Part shown: positions 1 to 10,747 of the stretch, in pieces
Numbering within the stretch: position 1 is the first letter of the stretch
Layout of the letters: each line of letters begins with the position of its first letter
IMG/VR virus record: IMGVR_UViG_3300033062_002687
DNA length: 64,000 bases
Direction: 5' to 3' (one strand)
Source of the DNA: a virus
Taxonomy: Duplodnaviria > Heunggongvirae > Uroviricota > Caudoviricetes
The notes under the pieces: model-generated
What the model was told of the DNA's origin: nothing
The model's input: the letters and a program-made list of their open reading frames with translations, nothing else
The model's database searches: none
Program-made: the position numbers and the translations under genes

Positions 1-192
1 CTAAAAAAAGTCACGGAAAAAGAGTGAATCAGGGTTTATAAAGGCCTCGAGGAGAAATTGTATTTAGGATGGTGAGGAGGTGACAACTGGCGGTTGAATA
101 AAAAAACAAAAAAACCTTTATAAATCTTTTAATGAGAATTATGAAACATCAAAAACAAAAGATATATAAATAAGGATTGGTTTCTAATTGAT

Positions 193-417
193 ATGGAAGT
201 AAGTGCAAATCCTATTGTTGAAATTAAAACACAAGAGCCTTTGAAAAAGAAAACTGGCAGGCCGAAGAAGAAGGGACAGAAATGCACAGTCCAGATGTAT
301 ATAAGACCTTGGACTGCAGTACAGCTAAAACGATCACAGAGGCTTGGAGAGTCAAGCTATGATGATGTTATAAGCCGACTAGTTAAAGAGTCTAATAAAA
401 ATGACAGGGCCTATTAG
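193..417 (+). CDS. small DNA-binding protein, AT-hook (KKKTGRPKKKG) plus ribbon-helix-helix-like segment
   Basis: ORF with upstream AT-rich leader. GRP-core AT-hook flanked by Lys/Arg, followed by beta-strand/helix pattern typical of Arc/MetJ-like RHH. First gene of the rightward block. Confidence 0.45.
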   Translation: MEVSANPIVEIKTQEPLKKKTGRPKKKGQKCTVQMYIRPWTAVQLKRSQRLGESSYDDVISRLVKESNKNDRAY

Positions 418-706
418 TTGGTTACTTGGAGTTGGAAAAAATGAAACTAGCGGCGGGTCGGTTGCATCGTGGTTTGCAATCTCACCAGGAGCGCTGCACA
501 TACTTAGTTTAGCGCTGTTGCTAGCTGGAGCTGGGTTTGCATATTATATCGTGATGAATCCAAAGCAGGGGTTTACGATCCTGATTGCAATTGTGACTGT
601 GCTCGGTAAAGTATTCATTGGCATTGGATTGTTCCTTGGAAAAGCGGTATGGTTTTTGATCAATGGACTGGTGAAGATTGTAACAATTTTGACAAGGAAA
701 AGATGA
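401..706 (+). CDS. small integral membrane protein (2-3 TM)
   Basis: Hydrophobic stretches LHILSLALLLAGAGFAYYIV and ILIAIVTVLGKVFIGIGLFLG. Overlaps the preceding gene end; start may be internal. Confidence 0.4.
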   Translation: MTGPISWLLGVGKNETSGGSVASWFAISPGALHILSLALLLAGAGFAYYIVMNPKQGFTILIAIVTVLGKVFIGIGLFLGKAVWFLINGLVKIVTILTRKR

Positions 707-711
707 GGTGA

Positions 712-1092
712 ATGAACATGGCTGTTAGAAAATATGTAACACATAGCAAGGTAGTTGGAATCAGTTTCAAAAATGAGGATAATACTGACAGGCAGACTAT
801 TGCTAGGAATTTAAATAAAGGAGATATACTTGAATTGAGACGTGATCCATTGAACATATTTGATAAATTTTGTATTGAGATATTTACATCTGATGGACAT
901 AAGATTGGTTTCATCAATCGTGAATTAGCTAAAGATTTAGCACCAAATTTAGATCGAGGAATTCCTGTAACGTGCACAATAAGTGAAATAACCGGATTGG
1001 ACAAACCAACGGTTGGTATAAATATTTTACTTGAATCAGAAGTTGATGATGCTGTGATGCAAGGCCCGGTACAGTCGAGTGGTGTGTTGTAA
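712..1092 (+). CDS. HIRAN domain protein
   Basis: VVGISF...GDILELRRDPLNIFDKFCIEIF..GHKIGFINRELAKDLAPNLDRG matches the HIRAN consensus (VVG, LxLxRePdNpyD, IGylpre.a..lap.ld.g). GAGGTG SD 8 nt upstream. Confidence 0.65.
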   Translation: MNMAVRKYVTHSKVVGISFKNEDNTDRQTIARNLNKGDILELRRDPLNIFDKFCIEIFTSDGHKIGFINRELAKDLAPNLDRGIPVTCTISEITGLDKPTVGINILLESEVDDAVMQGPVQSSGVL

Positions 1093-1182
1093 TGTATTGT
1101 TTTGTTTAGTGAAGTGGTGTGAAGTCTTGTCCAGTGAAGCATAGTAAAGCATAGTTAAATATTTTAATTGGAGAGTGAAAAA

Positions 1183-1764
1183 ATGAAACAATATAAGGTT
1201 AAGATAAAGGCAAATCCTGCATATCCTTTTTACATGCAGCATAGGATGGATGATGTAAGCTTGGAAGCTTGGGAAAAGAAACGAGGTAAAATAATCGAAC
1301 GATCTGACATTTCAAAGGAAGATCAAGTGAGAGCTGAATTTCATGCATATATCTCAGCTGATGGAAAGTTTTATATACCTGCTGAACATATCAGAGGTTC
1401 ATTAATCATAGCGGGTCATTATATGAAAGCTAAGGTTGGGAATGTTAGAAAGAATATGTCGAACATTGTAGCGGGTATGTTTTATGTTTCTCCTGATGAA
1501 CTTCCATTAAAGCAAGATTATTTAATTGATAAACGAAGTGCTGTGAATAGAAATGTTAAAGGAAGGATTATCAGCATCAGACCAAAATGGAAAGATTGGG
1601 AAACTGAGTTCATTTTAGAAATTGATAATGATACTATAACACCAGAAACGATTCGAGAATTAATTACTATTGCTGGAAATTATGTTGGCATAGGAAGTTT
1701 CCGTCCTGATCATAAAGGACAGTTCGGAAGATTCATTATTGAATCATTTGAAGAAATCATTTAA
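1183..1764 (+). CDS. hypothetical protein (194 aa)
   Basis: ORF track starts at 1168, but the GGAGAG SD is positioned for the internal ATG at 1183 (MKQYKVKIK...). No family recognised. Confidence 0.5.
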   Translation: MKQYKVKIKANPAYPFYMQHRMDDVSLEAWEKKRGKIIERSDISKEDQVRAEFHAYISADGKFYIPAEHIRGSLIIAGHYMKAKVGNVRKNMSNIVAGMFYVSPDELPLKQDYLIDKRSAVNRNVKGRIISIRPKWKDWETEFILEIDNDTITPETIRELITIAGNYVGIGSFRPDHKGQFGRFIIESFEEII

Positions 1765-1886
1765 TATTTTTTTTGTCTTGTGATGTTTGGTCAGGTAATG
1801 TAAAGTGTTGTTGGGTTTTGTTGGGCAATGTTTTGTTTAGTGGAGTTTAGTTTAGCATAGATATTTATTTTAAGGAGGGGAGAAAA

Positions 1887-2219
1887 TTGGGAATAATAAA
1901 ACTAGAATTTATTTTGGAAAACGGGCGGATATTCCGCATCGAGGCGACGAAGTTAAAAGATTTACAAAACAAACAATGGTTCTGGAACTTCCTCGGACTT
2001 AAGATGCCAGCTGGGATGGAAGAAGAGCCAGACGATGAGCCTGAACCTGAAGAAGCTGAGCCAGAACCAGAGCCCCAGGTTCCGCCACCAAGAAGGCCTG
2101 CACCTAGAGCGCAAGGAGGATATCCTTTCAGACAGCCTCCACAGCAACAGGCGCCTCCACCGGACTATGGGCCTGAACCTTATCCAGGAGGATATCCTCA
2201 GCAGCAACCACCTTATTAA
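1887..2219 (+). CDS. protein with ordered N-terminal domain and Pro/Gln/Glu-rich low-complexity tail
   Basis: AAGGAGGGG SD then TTG/ATG start. C-terminal half is EPEPEEAEPEPEPQVPPPRRPAP...PQQQPPY. Confidence 0.45.
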   Translation: MGIIKLEFILENGRIFRIEATKLKDLQNKQWFWNFLGLKMPAGMEEEPDDEPEPEEAEPEPEPQVPPPRRPAPRAQGGYPFRQPPQQQAPPPDYGPEPYPGGYPQQQPPY

Positions 2220-2363
2220 ACGACCAAATATTTTTGGTCGTATTATTTTTCATTTTCATGAAGCTACATGATAAAATTATTTTAGGATTTGCACTTGTTC
2301 TTATTGCAGCAATGATTATAGTGGCTGTCTATGAGATGATGGTTATGATATTCTAAAAAGAAA

Positions 2364-2446
2364 GCCTTGCACAGAATTCGATTCGGCGGTTATTCCAAGT
2401 CGATTGCTCGCGTGACAAATGTCGAGGTGTTTTTAATGTGCAAGGC
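2364..2446 (-). terminator. long inverted repeat (gccttgcaca / tgtgcaaggc) closing a GC-rich 60-nt insert, followed on the - strand by CTTTCTTTTT; candidate terminator/structured RNA at the strand-switch point
   Basis: 10-nt perfect inverted repeat at 2364-2373 and 2437-2446. U-run immediately 3' on the minus strand. Sits between convergent gene blocks. Confidence 0.3.
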
Positions 2447-2752
2447 CTTATGATGATCGTTGCGGGCCCGGAGAAGTTTGAAGAGGAATAATGTATTAGT
2501 CGTCGATGCCATTAACCGAACCCGCATCTGGTGAGAAGTATTATTTCTTTTTATGTCTTTTGCTTTCTATTTGCCACGAGCTCGATGATATTGTGACCAG
2601 ATACGATATTGCAAAGACCATTAGAATGACCAGGATGTATCCATAATCATGTGTCATTATCACTAATTCAATTGTCCATAGGATTATGATTCCGAATATG
2701 ATGATTAGGATCCAGAGAATATGTTTTGAATTCAGATTAGGATAGCGTGCTA

Positions 2753-3169
2753 TCATTTGCTTCGAGCCATCATTACATAATCCCAGCATTTCGGGCAATC
2801 ATCTCCCCATTTTGAAAGGTTAACTATTTTTACCCACCATGGCCATGTCCAATTAGTGTAATTGATATAATTTATAATTGGTGGTTCTTGTTTCCAGAAA
2901 GTGTAGCACTCTGGGCATGTACCATTAAGGAAGGTGCATTGACAATTACAATTTACCTGCTGAGAACGACATTCTTTTTCCTGAGTTATCCTAGTAATCT
3001 GAATCGGAAATGTAATTGGATGCTCGATTAATAAGATTAGAATTATTGCAGCGATAAGCAAGCTTGTGTTGATTATGGTTGAATGCTTAACCAAACTTTT
3101 CATAATGTTGATGTTCTTTTCCTTTTTGATCTTTGGTTTTAGTTTCAAATCCTGTTTTTTTCTTTTCAT
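2753..3169 (-). CDS. Cys-rich membrane-anchored protein
   Basis: Internal TM (LLIAAIILILLI) followed by Cys-rich ectodomain (CRSQQVNCNCQC..CPECY..CPKCW). Confidence 0.4.
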   Translation of the reverse strand: MKRKKQDLKLKPKIKKEKNINIMKSLVKHSTIINTSLLIAAIILILLIEHPITFPIQITRITQEKECRSQQVNCNCQCTFLNGTCPECYTFWKQEPPIINYINYTNWTWPWWVKIVNLSKWGDDCPKCWDYVMMARSK

Positions 3170-3461
3170 TTTTATCCGCCTTGCATTTATTGCACATTCC
3201 TGTTCCTAATTTCTGGAGAAGGCCACATGTAAAGCTCCCATGCTTGCACATGAGCGCTTCCATCTCTTTCTTGGAAAATTTCTTTCCTATCCATTCATCT
3301 GCAATGGTTTGATATTTTGTTGGTACTACATCTGATTCAACCCATAAGACTTTATGATAATTCAAGAAAGCTAATCTGCATTCTTTTGAGCAGAATACTA
3401 TGTCAGGGAAATGATTTCCACGAATGACAAGCTTACCGCAATTTGAGCATATCCATTTCAT
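3087..3461 (-). CDS. zinc-ribbon protein
   Basis: CSNCGK...CSKEC plus C-terminal Lys-rich tail. Confidence 0.4.
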   Translation of the reverse strand: MKWICSNCGKLVIRGNHFPDIVFCSKECRLAFLNYHKVLWVESDVVPTKYQTIADEWIGKKFSKKEMEALMCKHGSFTCGLLQKLGTGMCNKCKADKNEKKKTGFETKTKDQKGKEHQHYEKFG

Positions 3462-4259
3462 TTTGTTTCCTCGTTATTAAGCAGAGGGAACTCTTCAGCC
3501 CGACCAAGAGTGAGAGTTTATTTTTTCCTCTGCTTTTTTTTATTGATTATTTTCTTTATATCCTTGTTATCCAGAGATTCATAATTGAGGTCCTGGCATG
3601 TGTTGAAACCTCTTCTGATTCCAAGAAGATAGCCATAGCAGAAAGACATGTCTTCTATTGATGGCTCGATGTTCTTAGCTCCTTTGAGATCTAGCTGAAG
3701 GCCGTTCTTGTATATCTTGAGGATTAGCTTCTGTGTCATCATTTACACCTGCATCTTAGAAATGGACTTATCAGTAATGCTAAAAATATTATTATTGACA
3801 TCATATACATGAATCTACGTTGCAATTTAAATTTATTTTTTAAATTATCATCCATCTCCTTAAACATCTGTTCATAATTTTGTTTTTTCATCGTTTTCCC
3901 TCTACGTAAAATTTTGGAACATTGATTTCTTCCTTTAGCTCTTCATCACTTTTTGTAAACATCTGCAGGATCTGGATAAGCTCCCTGAGCTTTTGCTGGT
4001 CATCGATCTGAAGGCGGTATGACACATACTGAAGATTAAGCGTGACATGCTTTTCCTTCATGTCATAATCAATGCTGGTTACATTCTTCAGCCTGTGTCC
4101 AAGTACCATTCAGTTATACCTCACTGTAAGCTTGACTCTTTTATTGCCTGTCTTGATTAGATGCACTGTTGTTATGGTGAAGCATTCTGATAAAGATTGT
4201 AGCCAAAGTAATGCTTCACTCATACTATAAAATGTTTTTTGTTTGTTCATGTTCTCACC

Positions 4260-4601
4260 TCATTTAACGATTACGAATACTCCTGCAAGGATCAGTGCGA
4301 TGCCTGCCCACTTGTAGGTTGAGAATGGCTCGTGAAGAAACCATGTCGCCATTATTGCTACCCATACATAGCTTAGCGCTATGATCGGATAAAGAATGGT
4401 TAGGTTGGCCTGTCTTAACATCAGGATAAAGATGATTGATGCAAGGCCATAACATGTCAATCCGGCAATCATTTTCAGACTTAAGAAAGTTAATGGCCTT
4501 GATGGATTGAATGTCTCGGTACCTAATTTGAAACAGATCTGGCCAATGGCACCAAGAATAGAGCAGCCTGCTACAACAAGGATTGGTATGAATTTATTCA
4601 T
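4260..4601 (-). CDS. SMR/EamA-like small multidrug-resistance-family transporter (4 TM, 113 aa)
   Basis: Four hydrophobic helices. YPIIALSYVWVAIMATWFLHEP...WAGIALILAGVF matches the SMR/DMT small-transporter signature. Confidence 0.65.
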   Translation of the reverse strand: MNKFIPILVVAGCSILGAIGQICFKLGTETFNPSRPLTFLSLKMIAGLTCYGLASIIFILMLRQANLTILYPIIALSYVWVAIMATWFLHEPFSTYKWAGIALILAGVFVIVK

Positions 4602-4935
4602 TTGTAACTTCCTCTTTTGGTTCGTTAATCATATATGAGACCATCTCAATATATAGGGATGAGGCATAATTCTGCATATCATCATATGTCATTGTGTTTG
4701 GATCTAATCCATAATGCTTAACCGATCCCCAATGCAAATCACAATAAACAAATGGATCTATTGATGCGACAGCCTCTGTCACAAAGTTTCTTGCTGCATA
4801 ATTCTTTCCCAGCTCAAAGCCAATAAACAAGCAAGCGATTATTAATATTCCTGCAATGGCTGCATATCCCCAATTTTCAATTTTCATTTTCATTCTCCTC
4901 CGTGTGTTATTTTTAAAACAGGCGAGCTTGTGCAT
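4594..4935 (-). CDS. membrane protein
   Basis: N-terminal TM (YAAIAGILIIACLFIGF); overlapping start/stop with neighbours. Confidence 0.4.
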   Translation of the reverse strand: MHKLACFKNNTRRRMKMKIENWGYAAIAGILIIACLFIGFELGKNYAARNFVTEAVASIDPFVYCDLHWGSVKHYGLDPNTMTYDDMQNYASSLYIEMVSYMINEPKEEVTNE

Positions 4936-5240
4936 ACCTCACATTTGCTGAATAAACATACCCTGCCTGGCTCACAGGTGTACTGATCTGGACAACTGAT
5001 TGGCTGACAGTTCTGTGAAGCTGAATAGAATTTCAAGGTGCCATAGAATCCTGCAGCTGTTCCTAATATGAATGCACCTATGACTATCAAGGTAATTGCT
5101 GCGGCATAGAACATGTACCTCATTTGCCTATTTTTTTCTTTAGCTAGATGATCATTATCTAAGCCTAAATCCAAGTCAGGAAGATCTTCATTAATTTTTT
5201 TTCGTCTGGACATTATTATCCTCCTTATCAGCATCTGCAA
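4890..5240 (-). CDS. membrane protein with Cys-rich ectodomain
   Basis: TM (MFYAAAITLIVIGAFILG) then CQPISCPDQYTCEPGRVC..CEVC. Confidence 0.4.
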   Translation of the reverse strand: MQMLIRRIIMSRRKKINEDLPDLDLGLDNDHLAKEKNRQMRYMFYAAAITLIVIGAFILGTAAGFYGTLKFYSASQNCQPISCPDQYTCEPGRVCLFSKCEVCTSSPVLKITHGGE

Positions 5241-5622
5241 GTTGTTGACTTTCTCTGCACTTGTTCACTCTTTCATGAATCTCTTTGGCTTTCTCGAGCC
5301 TTTTTTCTTTAGCTTTAGCTAACCATGTATCCTGATCGTAAATAATGTTTGGATCATCGCTGCCTGTCATCCATCGCGACATGATTGTGCAGAGTGCGCG
5401 GGCTTCCTTCTGCAGCTTATCAGTTGAGGAGTGCAGCTTGTAAGCGTGCGCAAACATCCCTGCGATATCATCTGAGTTAATGCGCTTATGGCATGGCTCG
5501 CAGATATTAACGAGGATATTGTTCTTTGGCTGAATGTGCTGAGGAATCATATGATGCTGTGTAAGGCTTCCCGGTTTATTGCAAATGAAACAATCAGTGT
5601 TGTTTAGTACGATATTGCTCAT
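5191..5622 (-). CDS. HNH endonuclease
   Basis: CFICNK...LTQHHMIPQH...N..CEPCH resembles the HNH (His-Asn-His, Zn-knuckle) motif. Confidence 0.5.
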   Translation of the reverse strand: MSNIVLNNTDCFICNKPGSLTQHHMIPQHIQPKNNILVNICEPCHKRINSDDIAGMFAHAYKLHSSTDKLQKEARALCTIMSRWMTGSDDPNIIYDQDTWLAKAKEKRLEKAKEIHERVNKCRESQQLADADKEDNNVQTKKN

Positions 5623-6142
5623 TGTTGTTCACCTTTCTATTTCTAAATCTCATGACCACATTTCCTGCAATAAAGCTTTCCATTCTTCATTGAGCAATGT
5701 GAATGACATGTTGGACATTTCTTCCAGTTTGGTGTATATCTCCAGCATCTTCTCATTTTCTGAATATATCGCCAAGGGATACATTTCCTTTTATCTTAAA
5801 AAAAATGATCCCAAAGACTACTGCTGCAAATACCAAAATGATTGTTGTTCCTGTTCCGAATAATGCCATTTCAATCCCTCACCGTGATGACAATTTCTTC
5901 TTCAGGTGCTGCCTCTTCATCATTATCATCGTAGACATTTTCAGTGTCGACATCAACAAATTTTCCCTGTAAATGAAGCAGCTCACATATCTCCTTTGAT
6001 GAATACCTGTATTTAGTTATATTATCCTTTTTCATCCTTTCCACCTTTCCTGTTGCTGAAAAACTTTTTCCAAAATGCTGGCCATTGCAGCATTGAAAAT
6101 ACAATACCAAATGATATTGCTAGCAATGTCAGTATAATTAAT

Positions 6143-6448
6143 CTAAGCGTATGTGGCATATCGTTTATCCCTCGATTCTATTCTTCTGATTAATTCATCC
6201 TTTGGAAGTATGATTTCAGTATCCCAGAACTGTGCGCCACATGAGACGCACTTGAGCCTTTTCCTTAGCTCACCAAGCTTGAACATCTGCCCTGGAGAAT
6301 ATGAGATCTTAGATACATCCTTAGCGTAAGATTTAATTGAGAACATCTTACAGCTGCATCTGGCGCACTCAAAGACAGATTCAGGTTGTTTCTTCTGTGG
6401 CGTTGTTATTTTCTGTTTTTTCATTGAATAAACCCTCCAATTGAACAT
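6143..6448 (-). CDS. zinc-ribbon protein
   Basis: CARCSC...CVSCG. Confidence 0.4.
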   Translation of the reverse strand: MFNWRVYSMKKQKITTPQKKQPESVFECARCSCKMFSIKSYAKDVSKISYSPGQMFKLGELRKRLKCVSCGAQFWDTEIILPKDELIRRIESRDKRYATYA

Positions 6449-6639
6449 TCATCTGGTCGGCATACCTGCATTGCGAACATATTTCCTTTACATCATCAAC
6501 GACAAAGCATTTGTAGTTCTTTCCGATATCGTAATTTGTGTAGACCTTACCCATGAAAAATCCTAATACTACACAAAGAACAGCTCCTAGGATGATATAC
6601 TGCTTTGTGCTTAGCTTCTCATCCTGTACTGGCACTGGA

Positions 6640-7074
6640 TCATTTATAACCATTTATGTTCACTAGGTATAATGTTGACTCTGATTGATTAATCTTCCTG
6701 TAGACATGCTCTACAATGACTCCATTGAGGAGACCTATTGCGCAGTGGGTGTATCCACCCTCTTTGTATGTAAACTGCATGTTGAGAGTTGAGCAGAGGG
6801 CGTTGGCTTCCTCATCAGTATATTTGATTGGGCCGCCTAATACTGCAAAATAGAAAACAATGACTGCGATGATAAATAAGAAAATTGCAAGATAGGTAAA
6901 GATATAGTGCTTGTGATGATGAATTTTTTTTATGTGATTCCCTGAAACTCGACCCATAATGCCCTCCCTAGTTAGCATATGGGAAAGCTTTAGGCTTTTT
7001 AAAGTTTGTGTTTTGGACAGTATATAAAGAATTTTCCTTTTGTTTTGCAACAAAAGGGGGGGTTCTGTTATCAT
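6640..7074 (-). CDS. membrane protein
   Basis: TM (YLAIFLFIIAVIVFYFAVLG) and basic His-rich N-terminus. Confidence 0.4.
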   Translation of the reverse strand: MITEPPLLLQNKRKILYILSKTQTLKSLKLSHMLTREGIMGRVSGNHIKKIHHHKHYIFTYLAIFLFIIAVIVFYFAVLGGPIKYTDEEANALCSTLNMQFTYKEGGYTHCAIGLLNGVIVEHVYRKINQSESTLYLVNINGYK

Positions 7075-7455
7075 ACCTCTATCCTAACGGTTGAATCAAA
7101 TGGCAGATGATTAAGAGGGTGTATGTAAATGATTCTGAATCAATTACTGCTCTTAATTATCTTTTGCCTTGATATCGATTTGTCGAATATAATTTATGTA
7201 AAATTGAATTACCTGAGTAATAGGCAATGCACCATTTCCTATGAGCATTCCGACATTGACTGAGAATATTATGAGATCTTTATAGAACCATGGTGAATTA
7301 TAATCCAATTGAATCAGATGATCGAACATGATGCTAACCTGATTATTAATTCTGTCGATGAAGAAGACAAGGACTCTTCAGAGCTGCATACGGTATTCTT
7401 CTGCAATGGAGAACGTGTTTCTACTGAAGAGTTTGCTCGTCCCTGTCTTTTGATG

Positions 7456-7626
7456 CTCATAGATAATCACTTATATGGTGTTTGGTTTTAAGATCAATCT
7501 CTTCTGCGACTTCAATATCATCATCTGTCTGCAGATGCATGTCTTCGCAGTCGACATTCATGCATACATAACCGTGACCTAATCTTTGCATTTGATGATC
7601 ACATATTGGACAATGCATAGTCCGCA
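7456..7626 (-). CDS. zinc-ribbon micro-protein (56 aa, below ORF-track cutoff)
   Basis: Manual translation: MRTMHCPICDHQMQRLGHGYVCMNVDCEDMHLQTDDDIEVAEEIDLKTKHHISDYL. Confidence 0.3.
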
Positions 7627-7960
7627 TGAGATGACCTTGTTTTTAAAGTTTTTCATTTTTCAATTTCAACCCATCCATCATCCACCTTATATTTTATTCC
7701 GAATCTTGTCATGCACCATTTGCATAACCAAATGGAAGATTTTGTCTTTAATCTCTTAAGCTTAAATGTCAATTCCAATTCTCCCAGTTGAGATATATGA
7801 CGATATCTGCCGCATGTATGACAGTTATAACAGGTCATTTTCTACCTCACAATTTTAATTATCTTCAGTTTCTTCATTTGGAATTTCCTCATCACAATCA
7901 CAGTATTCAAGATTATAATATACCTTCCTGCACTTAGGGCAATAGGTTAAAGCCCATTTA

Positions 7961-8344
7961 TCATTCAGAGCAATTGTCTTCATTTACATCAGCCTTTGTT
8001 TTTTTCCTGAATACGATTCCCTGCCAACCATACATCTCAAGGAATTCTGCTACATAAAGATTCTGAACACAAAGAGCTGGAATATCTCCTGCACGATTAA
8101 ATGTCGTAGCTATGAGATTCTCTCCGACATATATCTCATCTTCATATTTTCCTTTTTTTATATGTATCTTTCCTTCGACGAAATTTGCCAAGACACTGAT
8201 CTCCTTGTCTATGTTTTCGATCTCATGTTGCAGTTCTTCTTTCCTCTGAACCTTTTTCATCAGCTCTGTATGCGACCATTTATGTTTCATTGTTTCCTCC
8301 TCCGAATTAAATACATCAAACTCAAAACTCCCATAACATTCCAA
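7961..8344 (-). CDS. hypothetical protein (127 aa)
   Basis: ORF in the leftward block with internal coiled-coil-like segment. Confidence 0.4.
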   Translation of the reverse strand: MECYGSFEFDVFNSEEETMKHKWSHTELMKKVQRKEELQHEIENIDKEISVLANFVEGKIHIKKGKYEDEIYVGENLIATTFNRAGDIPALCVQNLYVAEFLEMYGWQGIVFRKKTKADVNEDNCSE

Positions 8345-8956
8345 AATATAATGCTTGTGATATTATTATAAAACCAATGGCCTCTGATCAAATCATTGAC
8401 ATCTGCTACAAAGATTGTTATGAGATACATAGTTGGCAGAATGATATCCTCGTTCATTCTAATTCGCCTCCGCAAAATTCACATACCATCTTCGGATTAT
8501 CTCCATAAGCATAACTAAGCTTTTGCTTTACCTTTCCTTCTACAGGAGCCTGACAGTTCTCGCAGAAGTACATCAGCTCACCACAATGCCATATTCGACT
8601 ATCCTGAAGCAATCAGGCGTCCAAAGTTTTGAACCATGGTTGTTTAAGCATGCCTGTTGTTTTCTTTTAAAGTGATGAGCCTCATGATAACTGGTTGAAC
8701 AGAATTTTTTAAGCCCAAAATCGCAAACATCCCACAAACCATTTGCAAATTTTGCTTCAACTATCCAGACTTTGTTTTTGTTTTTCATTAGCTTCATCCT
8801 CCTTGAATACCCTTGCAGATCTTATCATGCTTTTCCTCTGCTTCCTGAGAATCTTCGAAATAATGAAAGACTCCAAGAGGCTTTCCGCATTTAATACATA
8901 CGACTTCTATGCCTTCCTTGCAGTATAATGATTCGTCTTTTATCGCTTGTGTCATT

Positions 8957-9634
8957 TTATCCTCCAGACCTATTAAAAGGATCTTGGTATATATATGTTG
9001 TGTCATTAAACCATGAATCAGCTTGTTGTTTATTGTTCACACGTACTGTGTCATTCTCACTAATTACGATTTCTGTGCCATTTGAATATTTGATATAAAA
9101 AATATGATTTGTCCCATGAACAGGCTCTAACAAACTTCTGATCAAATCATCATCAGATTGCCAACTTCCTCCTGACCAATTATAACCATGATAAATTCCA
9201 TTTGTATCTCCTGAAATCATATACCATATAGAATTTTTTTGAAAAACTATTGGATCTGAAGACCATGGATCAAATTCCTTTTTAGTATAGTCACAACTTT
9301 TGAGTAATTGATTGAAGACATTAAAAAAACAATACGTTCCTGGCTTTCCTAATTCCTGCATACGATTGAAAAATGACATTTCATTGTAGCAATCATAATC
9401 AATACGAACGGGAGATTCAACAGTGAAATTAAAGTCACAATGAAGAGGAATAGTGATAATAGTTGCATTGATTGGATTAGATGTTAGAACAAAATATAAC
9501 CCTAGATTTATAAGAAGAAGAACAGCTAAAGCGCAGGTTATTATTACTGTCGCTTTTCCTGGAGGAGGAAGAGGTTTCTCTGGATTATAATTTTCTTCCT
9601 CTTCTGGTTCTGATTTATCAAATAGGTCCGGCAT
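8957..9634 (-). CDS. membrane-anchored protein with extracytoplasmic domain (225 aa)
   Basis: Pro/Glu-rich N-terminus, one TM (VIITCALAVLLLINLGLYFVL), large C-terminal domain. Confidence 0.45.
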   Translation of the reverse strand: MPDLFDKSEPEEEENYNPEKPLPPPGKATVIITCALAVLLLINLGLYFVLTSNPINATIITIPLHCDFNFTVESPVRIDYDCYNEMSFFNRMQELGKPGTYCFFNVFNQLLKSCDYTKKEFDPWSSDPIVFQKNSIWYMISGDTNGIYHGYNWSGGSWQSDDDLIRSLLEPVHGTNHIFYIKYSNGTEIVISENDTVRVNNKQQADSWFNDTTYIYQDPFNRSGG

Positions 9635-9856
9635 CTTTTACACCTTTTACAACATTATTATAATTGATTGAAAAATCTCTGTCTAATAAAGGTTTATCTG
9701 CCTGAATAAATAATCCCTGAAAATAAACTATATGACATTTTTTGCAAAAACCATAAATGATCCAAGCAGCAATCTTGTCTTTATTTTTTACATCGGTGAT
9801 TCTCATGTCAAGCTGTTTGTTGCATTTACATTTCCCGCAATATTCCTGTATCTCCA

Positions 9857-10255
9857 TTATTTCCACCCGTTATTTGAAACGCCCCAATCTGATTTAGGTT
9901 CTGGTTCCTTTTTGATTTCTTCATAGTAAACTTCCCTTTTATCTTCAGGACTTGGCTTGATCTCTTCCTGATTATTTTCTTCCTGCTCTTCTGGTTCTGT
10001 ATATCTATCTCTATCTTCTCGCTCTGATTTGTCGACTACACGACCGCCTTTCTTGGTTGAATATGATGAAGATGATGAGGATGAATCTCCGCCTCTATTA
10101 GGAAATCCGATAAATATTCTTAAGATCCAGATACCGACAGTTATTACAACTATAGGAACCATCCATGTATGCATGAAACTTGTTGCTTGATCCAATCCTG
10201 CAGATGTAGCTAAAACATTGCTAACGTTTTCATTGTATGCTGGATTATATGACAT
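9857..10255 (-). CDS. membrane protein with Ser-rich and acidic tail
   Basis: TM (VPIVVITVGIWILRIFIGF), poly-Ser, Glu-rich C-terminus. Confidence 0.45.
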   Translation of the reverse strand: MSYNPAYNENVSNVLATSAGLDQATSFMHTWMVPIVVITVGIWILRIFIGFPNRGGDSSSSSSSYSTKKGGRVVDKSEREDRDRYTEPEEQEENNQEEIKPSPEDKREVYYEEIKKEPEPKSDWGVSNNGWK

Positions 10256-10264
10256 TCATATCAC

Positions 10265-10747
10265 CTAATCGCAGTACATCTCATGAGCTGAGATCTGCCT
10301 GCAGTACATAAAATTTGTGTCTCGGTTTATGATCGGAAGCACATGATTTGGCGTCAGGAAATATTCGCAGCTGTAACCTAGCTCCTTGAGAGCTGTGCAT
10401 ACATTGACTGAATAATCCCTGCATACCATTCCTGACTGCTTCATCTCTGAAGCTGTCTTGATAAACGGGTTGTTGTGAAATTTAATTGGGAAGTCATTGA
10501 ACTGTGTCAGGATGCATGTAACCGGATCCTGGAATGTTGTGGTATTGCAATAGCTGATAAGAGCCTGAAGCTGAGCATCATGAGATACTACCTTCTCTGA
10601 GATTGCATATTCTGCCTTGGCATAGGAATCTCCACTGATCCAAAAGACAACAGTTTCCTTGATGGTGAACATTAGGATGATAGCCATCATGATGTACATC
10701 ATTCTCCTGTCTGTCAGGATTACTTTTTTTTGTTTTTCTTTTGGCAT
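10265..10747 (-). CDS. membrane-anchored protein, possible transglutaminase-like cysteine-protease fold
   Basis: Likely start at internal MPKEKQ (10747), with TTTGGCAT overlap with the upstream stop. TM then GMVCRDYSVNVCTALKELGY...H, weakly reminiscent of Cys-His TGase-like cores. Confidence 0.3.
   Translation of the reverse strand: MPKEKQKKVILTDRRMMYIMMAIILMFTIKETVVFWISGDSYAKAEYAISEKVVSHDAQLQALISYCNTTTFQDPVTCILTQFNDFPIKFHNNPFIKTASEMKQSGMVCRDYSVNVCTALKELGYSCEYFLTPNHVLPIINRDTNFMYCRQISAHEMYCD

Noticed and set aside
1962-2271. ORFs 1962-2207 (-) and 2035-2271 (+) overlapping the Pro-rich gene
   Set aside because: Alternative frames of a GC-richer low-complexity coding segment; Arg/Trp-rich translations typical of out-of-frame reading.
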